Assembly (NCBI GenBank): GCA_002269645.1 | Contig: NIVC01001323.1 | Location: 1 to 53,948 of the forward strand | Source: Macrostomum lignano | Lineage: Eukaryota | Reading direction: 5' to 3' | Length of the DNA stretch: 53,948 nucleotides | Part shown: in pieces, positions 24,763 through 36,000 of the stretch | How positions within the stretch are numbered: position 1 is the stretch's first letter | Layout: each line of letters opens with the position of its first letter | Notes under the pieces: model-generated | The model's database searches: none | What the model was told of the DNA's origin: nothing | Seen by the model: the letters and a program-made list of their open reading frames with translations, nothing else | Position numbers and translations under genes: made by a program

Positions 24763-25318
24763 TGGAATCAAGTAAATGTTGAACACTAGTAAGCTAGCCT
24801 GAACAGCTGATAACAAATGCTTAGTGAAGACTACATTGTTGAGAATCCGTAGTTTTTGTCTGAAAATTATGATTGTCTTATTTATTTATTGTCGAATTTT
24901 GATGTGTAAAGTGCTACATTCGACAGGCGTGGTTTCTAGGTACAAAAAATGAAACTACCACACTGACCTTGCATGTTGTAAAACTATACTTATCAATCAA
25001 GACTAACTAGAAGGTTTTTGCTCAATGCTCAGAACAGAATGTTATGATTTTTGTTTACTTAGCTTGAAAAATAGTGGGGCAGGGTAAGTGTCCATGATTT
25101 AGCTAGATTACTAACTAGATCCAGATCTTGGACTGCGAGACTTAAATTAGTAATCAAAAATTCTGCGCTCAATATTGGCCATAGTAGTAATAACAAAAAA
25201 CGCGGTCTTACTGAATACTTGTATCCAATAGGAACAGATAGGAATATAGGGGAGGGGTCACTATCCACTGAGTGATATCAATACTACATAATAAAAAATC
25301 CTCTCGCTATTTTATTCG

Positions 25319-25823
25319 CCGAAAAAATACACTACGGAGTTAGGAAGTTTTCACTTTTTCAGCAAATAAATTGTTATTGCTTTTGATAGGAGGCAGACCC
25401 TGTGTTCATCTTTTGATATGTTGTGCCTTTTTTATTGCTCTATCGATATTCATAAAGCTTTTCGTTCAAAGACTTAGGATTCTATGTTAATTTTTTATTC
25501 TACGTACATTTGCACGTGTCTTGTGCCTAAAAACCATTAAAATGGCACTATTTTTGAGTCTATTTAATCCTTCTTAGCTGACTGTGTTACAAATATTTGT
25601 AACAGAGATGACAAAATAGATTCATAAAACCAAAGATTGGAACTGTGCCATGCATTTTTATGATTTTTAGGTACAGGAAATGTATGTAGAATAAAAATTA
25701 ACATAGAATTCTAAGTCTTTGAACGGAAAGCTTTATGAATATCGATAGAGCAATAAGAAAGGCACAGCATATCAAAAGATAAACACTGGATCTGCCTCCT
25801 ATCTCTGTAGTGTATTTTTTCGG
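25319..25823. mobile_element. MITE-like foldback element with long TIRs
   Basis: 25385-25515 is the reverse complement of about 25678-25803. Outer ends ccgaaaaaatacactac / gtagtgtattttttcgg; the left arm has an insertion of about 45 bp; no ORF. Confidence 0.85.
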
Positions 25824-25892
25824 GAAAAGCCGGCCTTAAAAATTTTTTCTAAGAAACGAGGTTTCCCGTCCTTCTACTTAAGTCGTCCTTGG

Positions 25893-25925
25893 TGTGTGCC
25901 TGCTCAGGGGAGTCGGCGGAATGGG
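25893..25925 (+). mobile_element. Short fragment of the SINE family at 41598-41958
   Basis: tgtgtgcctgctcagggagtcggcggaatggg matches the SINE 3' body (tatgcctgctcaggggagttggtggaatggg). Confidence 0.5.
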
Positions 25926-26592
25926 CAGCAACGAGAGTTAACTAAAAACCATACATAGTATCACTTTAATCAAAGTACAAAGTAACTACACTTTAGAAAT
26001 TATGACCTATGAAAAGTATTTAGAACAACGATTACTTACAATCATAGAGCGAAGCAATTCAAAGCAGGGTAGAGAAAAAATATCCAATTACAAGTTTCAA
26101 TTCCTATGAACCAGAAAATGCTGCCATCGACTCTTAAGCTTGTGATATTAGTACAGGTAAATTTCTCAATCTCTTTCCCAGCCCTAACTCCGGCTACCTA
26201 CCCCAAGCCTAACGCACGATATGCGGACTGCCTGCATGACCATTTTGGAATAACAGAAAGAAAATGTACTTGTATCATTGCTCTCTGTCTACAGCCAATA
26301 GGCAGAGGGCTGCCATAATAGGCATTACCCGCTACACTCCAGTGTCAGACTAGATAGCAAAATTAGACCTGAGATATTGTTCCTTAGTATGCATCTCTTC
26401 AATTCTTGTGCAGTTCTATTGTAGTGCACAGCTAGCTTGCCTATGACAATTCCTTAGCATGAATAGCTACTCAGCTATGCAGACACATGTAGACAGGGGG
26501 ACAAAGTTAGAATACATGAATTAAAGTAGGCAGAATGTAAAAACAAGTAGCGTTCACAGATGGATATTGCTAAATCTGGATCGGAACAGGAG

Positions 26593-29500
26593 AGACTCAT
26601 GATGATCGGGATGAGAACAGGTGGTAATCATGATGATGGGATGAGATCAGGTGAGAATCATGATCGGGATGAGAACAGGTGGTAATCATGATGATGTGAA
26701 TGAAAACAGGTGAGAATAATGATGATTGGGATGAGAGCATGTGAGAATCACGATGATTGGGATAAGATCAGGTGAGAATCATGATGATTGGGATGACAGC
26801 AGGTGAGAATAATGATGATTGGGATGAGAGCATGTGAGAATCACGATGATTGGGATAAGATCAGGTGAGAATCATGATGATTGGGATGACAGCAGGTGAG
26901 AATCATGATGATTGGGATGAGAGCAGGTGAGAATCATGATAAGAGTATGTAAGAATCAGGATGAGAACAGGTGAGAATCATGATTATTGGGATGAGATCA
27001 GGTGAGAATCATGATGATTGGGATGAGATCAGGTGAGAATCATGATGATTGGGATAAGAGCAGGTGAGAATCATGGTGATTGGGATAAGAGCAGGAGAGA
27101 ATCATGATGATAGGGATAAGAGCAGGTGAGAATCATGATAAGAGTATGTAAGAATCAGGATGAGAACAGGTGAGAATCATGATGATCGGGATGACAGCAG
27201 GTGAGAATCATGATGATCGGGATGACAGCAGGTGAGAATCATGATGATCGGGATGACAGCAGGTGAGAATCATGATGATCGGGATGACAGCAGGTGAGAA
27301 TCATGATGATTGGGATGAGAGCAGGTGAGAATCATGATGATCGGGATGAGAGCAGGTGAGAATCATGATGATTGGGATGAGAGCAGGTGAGAATCATGAT
27401 GATTGGGATGAGAACATGTGAGAATCATGATGGTTGGGATGAGAACAGGAGAGAATCATGAGAATCAGGATGAAAACACACAGAATCATGACAATCGGGA
27501 TGAGAGCAGGTGAGAATCATGATGATTGGGATGAGAACAAAAGAGAATCATGAGAATCAGGATGACAAGACACAGAATCATGAGAATCAGGATGACAACA
27601 CACAGAATCATGAGAATCAGGATGAGAACAGGTGAGAATCATGAGAATCAGGATGACAACACACAGAATCAGGAGAATCAGGATGACAACACACATAATC
27701 ATGAGAATCAGGACGACAACACACAGAATCATGAGAATCGGGATGACGTGACACAGAATCATGAAAATCAGGATGACAACAAACAGAATCATGAAATCAG
27801 GATGACAACACACAGAATCATGAGAATCAGGATGACAACACACAGAATCATGAGAATCAGGACGACAACACACAGAATCATGAGAATCAGGATGACAACA
27901 CACAGAATCATGAGAATCGGGATGAGAGCAGGTGAGAATCATGATGATTGGGATAAGAGCAGGTGAGAATCATGGTGATTGGGATAAGAGCAGGTGAGAA
28001 TCATGATGATAGGGATAAAAGCAGGTGAGAATCATGATAAGAGTATGTAAGAATCAGGATGAGAACAGGTGAGAATCATGATGATCAGGATGACAGCAGG
28101 TGAGAATCATGATGATCGGGATGACAGCAGGTGAGAATCATGATGATCGGGATGACAGCAGGTGAGAATCATGATGATTGGGATGAGAGCAGGTGAGAAT
28201 CATGATGATCGGGATGAGAGCAGGTGAGAATCATGATGATTGGGATGAGAGCAGGTGAGAATCATGATGATTGGGATGAGAACATGTGAGAATCATGATG
28301 GTTGGGATGAGAACAGGAGAGAATCATGAGAATCAGGATGAAAACACACAGAATCATGAGAATCGGGATGAGAGCAGGTGAGAATCATGATGATTGGGAT
28401 GAGAGCAGGTGACAATCATGATGATTGGGATGAGAGCATGTGACAATCATGATGATTGGGATGAGAACAGGAGAGAATCATGAGAATCGGGATGAGAGCA
28501 GGTGAGAATCATAATGATTGGGATGAGAGCATGTGAGAATCATGATGATTGGGATGAGAACAAAAGAGAATCATGAGAATCGGGATGACGTGACACAGAA
28601 TCATGAAAATCAGGATGACAACAAACAGAATCATGAGAATCAGGATGACAACACACAGAATCATAAGAATCAGAATGACAACACACAGAATCATGAAATC
28701 AGGATGACAACACACAGAATCATGAGAATCAGGATGACAACACACAGAATCATGAGAATCAGGATGACAACACACAGAATCATGAGAATCGGGATGAGAG
28801 CAGGTGAGAATCATGATGATTGGGATAAGAGCAGGTGAGAATCATGGTGATTGGGATAAGAGCAGGTGAGAATCATGATGATAGGGATAAGAGCAGGTGA
28901 GAATCATGATAAGAGTATGTAAGAATCAGGATGAGAACAGGTGAGAATCATGATGATCGGGATGACAGCAGGTGAGAATCATGATGATCGGGATGACAGC
29001 AGGTGAGAATCATGATGATCGGGATGACAGCAGGTGAGAATCATGATGATCGGGATGACAGCAGGTGAGAATCATGATGATTGGGATGAGAGCAGGTGAG
29101 AATCATGATGATCGGGATGAGAGCAGGTGAGAATCATGATGATTGGGATGAGAGCAGGTGAGAATCATGATGATTGGGATGAGAACATGTGAGAATCATG
29201 ATGGTTGGGATGAGAACAGGAGAGAATCATGAGAATCAGGATGAAAACACACAGAATCATGAGAATCGGGATGAGAGCAGGTGAGAATCATGATGATTGG
29301 GATGAGAGCAGGTGAGAATCATGATGATTGGGATGAGAGCATGTGACAATCATGATGATTGGGATGAGAACAGGAGAGAATCATGAGAATCAGGATGACA
29401 ACACACAGAATCATGAGAATCGGGATGAGAGCAGGTGAGAATCATAATGATTGGGATGAGAGCATGTGAGAATCATGATGATTGGGATGAGAACAAAAGA

Positions 29501-32022
29501 GAATCATGAGAATCAGGATGACAACACACAGAATCATGAGAATCAGGATGAGAACAGGTGAGAATCATGAGAATCAGGATGACAACAAACAGAATCATGA
29601 GAATCAGGATGACAACACACAGAATCATGAGAATCAGGATGACAACACACAGAATCATGAAATCAGGATGACAACACACAGAACCATGAGAATCAGGACG
29701 ACAACACACAGAATCATGAGAATCAGGATGACAACACACAGAATCAGGAGAATCGGGATGAGAGCAGGTGAGAATAATGATGATTGGAATAAGAGCAGGT
29801 GAGAATCATGGTGATTGGGATAAGAGCAGGTGAGAATCATGATAAGAGTATGTAAGAATCAGGATGAAAACAGGTGAGAATCATGATGATCAGGATGACA
29901 GCAGGTGAGAATCATGATGATCGGGATGACAGTAGGTGAGAATCATGATGATCGGGATGACAGCAGGTGAGAATCATGATGATTGGGATGAGAGCAGGTG
30001 AGAATCATGATGATCGGGATGAGAGCAGGTGAGAATCATGATGATTGGGATGAGAACATGTGAGAATCATGATGACTGGGATGAGAACAGGAGAGAATCA
30101 TGAGAATCAGGATGAAAACACACAGAATCATGAGAATCAGGATGACAACACACAGAATCATGAAATCAGGATGACAATACACAGAATCAGGAGAATCAGG
30201 ATGACAACACACAGAATCATGAGAATCAGGACGACAACACACAGAATCATGAGAATCGGGATGACGTGACACAGAATCATGAAAATCAGGATGACAACAA
30301 ACAGAATCATGAAATCAGGATGACAACACACAGAATCATGAGAATCAGGATGACAACACACAGAATCATGAAATCAGGATGACAACACACAGAACCATGA
30401 GAATCAGGACGAAAACACACAGAATCATGAGAATCAGGATGACAACACACAGAATCATGAGAATCGGGATGAGAGCAGGTGAGAATCATGATGATTGGGA
30501 TAAGAGCAGGTGAGAATCATGGTGATTGGGATAAGAGCAGGTGAGAATCATGATAAGAGTATGTAAGAATCAGGATGAAAAATGGTGAGAATCATGATGA
30601 TCGGGATGACAGCAGGTGAGAATCATGATGATCGGGATGACAGCAGGTGAGAATCATGATGATCGGGATGACAGCAGGTGAGAATCATGATGACTGGGAT
30701 GAGAACAGGAGAGAATCATGAGAATCAGGATGACAACACACAGAATCATGAGAATCAGGATGACAACACACATAATCATGAGAATCAGGACGACAACACA
30801 CAGAATCATGAGAATCGGGATGACGTGACACAGAATCATGAAAATCAGGATGACAACAAACAGAATCATGAGAATCAGGATGACAACACACAGAATCATG
30901 AGAATCAGGATGACAACACACAGAATCATGAAATCAGGATGACAACACACAGAATCATGAGAATCGGGATGACAACAGGTGAGAATCAGGATGACAACAC
31001 ACAGAATCATGAGAATCAGGATGACAACAGGTGAGAATCATGATAATCAGGATGACAACAGGTGAGAATCATGAGAATCAGGATGACAACAGGTGAGAAT
31101 CGGGATGACAACAGGTGAGAATCATGAGAATCAGGATGACAACAGGTGAGAATCGGGATGACAACAGATGAGAATCATGAGAATCAGGATGACAACAGGT
31201 GAGAATCAGGATGACAACAGGTGAGAATCGGGATGACAACAGGTGAGAATCATGAGAATCAGGATGACAACAGGTGAGAATCAGGATGACAACAGGTGAG
31301 AATCAGGATGACAACAGGTGAGAATCATGAGAATCAGGATGACAACAGGTGAGAATCGGGATGACAACAGGTGAGAATCATGAGAATCAGGATGACAACA
31401 GGTGAGAATCGGGATGACAACAGGTGAGAATCATGAGAATCAGGATGACAACAGGTGAGAATCGGGATGACAACAGGTGAGAATCATAAGAATCAGGATG
31501 ACAACAGGTGAGAATCATGAGAATCAGGATGACAACAGGTGAGAATCGGGATGACAACAGGTGAGAATCATGAGAATCAGGATGACAACAGGTGAGAATC
31601 GGGATGACAACAGGTGAGAATCATAAGAATCAGGATGACAACAGGTGAGAATCGGGATGACAACAGGTGAGAATCATGAGAATCAGGATGACAACAGGTG
31701 AGAATCGGGATGACAACAGGTGAGAATCATGAGAATCAGGATGACAACAGGTGAGAATCGGGATGACAACAGGTGAGAATCATGAGAATCAGGATGACAA
31801 CAGGTGAGAATCGGGATGACAACAGGTGAGAATCATGAGAATCAGGATGACAACAGGTGAGAATCGGGATGACAACAGGTGAGAATCATGAGAATCAGGA
31901 TGACAACAGGTGAGAATCGGGATGACAACAGGTGAGAATCATGAGAATCAGGATGACAACAGGTGAGAATCGGGATGACAACAGATGAGAATCATGAGAA
32001 TCAGGATGACAACAGGTGAGAA
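26593..32022. repeat. 5.4-kb compound satellite of 30/31/22-bp related units (GAGAATCATGATGATTGGGATGAGAGCAGGT family)
   Basis: Marker aagagtatgtaag at 26941, 27140, 28039, 28911, 29844 and 30555. From about 31020 the array alternates 31+22 bp units. Confidence 0.98.
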
Positions 32023-32904
32023 TTGAGTGAGTCCACAAACAAGCTGCTAATACCTACGATTTAAAGGAAGTAAATAAACAAAAAGACGAAGCCTTTCTGA
32101 AACAATGAGAAGAAAAATAATGTATAACATTAACTTTTACTTGCATTAATTTGTTTAACATCGATATGCGATTTCAAAAATAAGATATATTCATGGGGAG
32201 TGTAGGAGCGAACAGTGAAAATGGTGTTAACAGTAGTATGCATAGTACAGAACAAAATATCAATATTAAAACTGATTGCATTAAACTGTTTAATATATCA
32301 ACAACTCCTTGTTAGCATTAGTATAGCAGACATAGAAATGACAATATATCTAAATAGAAAATAGCTAATACCTGAGGTAAACACATTTAATTGTAATTAT
32401 TATTAGCTATGGTATATATATAGCTATATCTAGAAACAAGAAAAAAAATGTATTGCTAATGAAAAGTTTCCGCATTATTTAAAGAAAAAATATAGCAAAA
32501 AAACTTTTATAGAGTCTTGATAAAATAACCGTGGCATTGCGTTTTATTTAAACAAAAAAAGAATCAATTTCAAATTTTCGGTAGAGCTAAAAAAGTGTTC
32601 TTACAGTAGGAAATGTAAGCGTCTGATGCTGCATTGAATTGTGCTAGATTGTGTACTTCTTGTCATACTACTATCTTAGTAGTAATTAAAGCTCGTAAAG
32701 CTATAAATGACTACAACAAACAAAACAAAATTACAAAATAAAATTTATATTTTTGAAAAATAGACTAGTCTGAAAAATATGACTCTAAATATTATATATC
32801 TATAGGAACTATGACAGTGACAGACTTACCTATACAACAAAAATAATCAATGAACAGCATTCGAAAATAGCAAATCTCAATAAAAACCAGCGCTGATGGA
32901 ACCA

Positions 32905-33030
32905 GCCCTAACTTCATTTATCGTTAGGCATGTACACTTCACTGTGCCTTGGGGGTTGGCCCTCAAGCTGGGCGTTAATTGCACGAGCAGAGCCAAGCCG
33001 AGATTCCAATTCTGCCCCAAACTAATTTGG
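32905..33030 (-). mobile_element. Central part of the tRNA-derived SINE, inside the predicted NMNAT 3' UTR
   Basis: gccctaac...gttaggcatgtacacttcactg...gggggttggc...ttaattgcac...agccaagcc.agattccaat aligns with about 41766-41885. Confidence 0.85.
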
Positions 33031-33093
33031 AATCGCAGACTGCAGTAGTCTTAAGAGTTCCATATAGCTAGGATACCTGATATTGGTAGCCAA

Positions 33094-36000
33094 TCAGAGC
33101 AGGGTCTCGTTATCATCTGAGCTCGGCTGCCTCTGCTGCTGCTCCTGCTGCCCGTTTCCGTTGCTAGGCGGAATCAGAATATGCCGAGTGGATCTGGCAC
33201 CGCAGGCGCGGCACTCTTTACGTATGCGCGCCTGCGCCAAATCGGCGCCAACCATGCGCGTTTGAATGCCGCGATTTTGGCGCCGTTGATCCTGCTGTTG
33301 CTGGCTGGCGACTGGCGGCTCGGCAGTTGAGGCGGCGCCTGCGGCGGTTGAAGATGCCGGTCTAGAACCAGAGATATTTGATACTGAATTTAGCGGACGG
33401 TTGCAAGCTACTGAAAGTAGAGCTATGCTTTAAAATGCTGAATTTGCATTTGACTTTTGCTAATTTTATTTTAAAGCGCGAAAAGAAGAGGGGACGGAGA
33501 GGGAAAGGAGAGGGGACAGAGAGGGAAAGGAGAGGGGACAGAGAGGGAAAGGAGAGGGGACGGAGAGGGAAAGGAGAGGGGACAGAGAGGGAAAGGAGAG
33601 GGGAAGGAGAGGGGAAGGAGAGGGGACAGAGAGGGAAAGGAGAGGGGACGGAGAGGGAAAGGAGAGGGGACAGAGAGGGAAAGGAGAGGGGACAGAGAGG
33701 GAAAGGAGAGGGGAAGGAGGGGAGGAGAGAGAGGAGAGAAGGAGAGGAGAGGGAGAAGGAGAGGGAAAGAGGGAGAAGGAGAGGGAGGGGGACGGAGAGG
33801 GAAAGGAGAGGGAAAGGAGAGGGGACGGAGAGGGGACGGAGAGGGGACGGAGAAGGGAAGGAGAGGGGAAGGAGAGAGAAAGGAGAGGGAAGGAGAGGGA
33901 AAGAGGGAGAAGGAGAGGGGGGGGACGGAGAGGGAAAGGAGAGGGGACGGAGAGGGAAAGGAGAGGGGACGGAGAGGGGACGGAGAGGGGACAGAGAGGG
34001 AAAGGAGAGGGGACGGAGAGAGAAAGGAGAGGGGAAGGAGAGGGAAAGAGGGAGAAGGAGAGGGGAAGTATAGAGAAAGATTAGATCAAAACAAATCTTA
34101 ATTTTATTACAATCCAAAGGAAGCAAGAGCTGTGGAATAAAGTCAGAAGCACATTTTGCCGCAAATAAAAGAAAAACCTTAAGGCCCTTATAGTACTTAT
34201 ACGCTCGTATAAGGTTACGAGTGGCAGTAGACTGCAAAGATTGCAAGAAGACTTATTTTAGTTTCCCTCTAAAGTAACGAAACTACTTTAAACGAAAACA
34301 CTTGAGTCATGCCCAGCTAACTGCACAATTAGTGCTTGCATGGGCTGAAATACCTGAAAAACAAAAGCTCTGTTTGCAAGCCAAAAATGCGCAGAAAAGC
34401 CAAGTTTCAAACGCAAAAAATTACCTGCGAGAAGCAATGTTTTGCTTTTTCTGCAACAATATTTTTGACAAAAAAAGTATGGTATTGTACTTCTAGTTGA
34501 TCACGATTGCTAAACTTGCCGCAATATTCACCTATGGGACAAAATAAAAAACCTCAGGTTGGATAACAACTACCTAAAGCTACATAACCTCACTACCCAT
34601 TCACCTGAAGCTCCATAATCTCATTACCTATACACCTGAAGCTCCATAACCTCACTATTCATACACCTGAAGCTCCATAATCACACTACCCATTCACCTG
34701 AAGCTACATAATCTCACTACCCATTCACCTGAAGCTACATAATCTCACTACCCATTCACCTGAAGCTACATAATCTCACTACCCATTCACCTGAAGCTAC
34801 ATAATCTCATTACCTATACACCTGAAGCTCCATAACCTCACTATTCATACACCTGAAGCTCCATAATCACACTACCCATTCACCTGAAGCTACATAATCT
34901 CACTACCCATTCACCTGAAGCTACATAATCTCACTACCCATTCACCTGAAGCTACATAATCTCACTACCCATTCACCTGAAGCTACATAATCTCATTACC
35001 TATACACCTGAAGCTCCATAACCTCACTATTCATACACCTGAAGCTCCATAATCACACTACCCATTCACCTGAAGCTACATAATCTCACTACCCATACAC
35101 CTGAAGCTCCATAATCTCACTTTCACCTGAAGCTCTATAATCTCACTACCCATTCACCTGAAGCTCCATAATTACACTACCCATTCACCTGAAGCTCATC
35201 AATAAAAAGACAACACAAACCAGCGCACTAACCTGGGCCTCTCAGTAGTAGACTGGTACAGAGCATTGCGATAGATGTACTCAATAACAGGATCTGGCAG
35301 CAGGTAACGCACACTCTCCCGTCGACGAAGGGCTCGACGAACGAAAGCGGAACTAAGTTCGTTCACTGTCCACTCAGTTACTAGGGCGATGTTTTGCTGC
35401 AATACGTTGACAAACATATCAGCTACAATACGAATTTCCCATCTGAATAATTATAATTCTACAAACCTCGTAGGTGTTGAGCAGATCATTTTCAAAGATG
35501 ATCTGTTGCGGATTACAGCTGGGCTTAGTGATTACAATCAGACCGTAGTCGCGAAGTATTTTTACCAGCTGGAAATAATTTTGCAGAATAATTAATTAAA
35601 ACATGTTGTTGATGAGGATATCCCTCCCATAGCCCATAGCCCTCCTTACTATTAAAAAGGCCTGAACTATGAAAACCATTTCCAGTTTTTTCTGACACCT
35701 AATATTTACTTTATTATATACTCAAGACCTCACGTCGTCATTAGTCCATAGTCCTGGCACGGCGAACGATTTAAGCATATCGGAGCCGCACAGTAGCATA
35801 GGGTGTGCCACGGTCAGCGGGTCTTTCAGTCGAAGCCGGCGAAGCAGCCCAGTAAGCCAGCGATAGTCATCTGGGTCTGTTCAAAGCAGAAAAATTGCCA
35901 CGTGCTGTGAACTTATGGAATCTTCAGTGCCTGCTGCATCTGCCCTGATGCTTCAGTGCCTGCTGCTGCCCCTCCCCTGATGCTTCAGTGCCTGCTGCAT

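Noticed and set aside
27517-31034. Cys/His/Asp-rich (CCHPDSHDSV)n ORFs suggesting a metal-binding protein
   Set aside because: Open only across runs of 30-bp units and broken by 29/31-bp units; no exon boundaries identified.
33362-34246. ORFs of 294 aa and 231 aa
   Set aside because: They translate the GA/CT low-complexity tract within an NMNAT intron.
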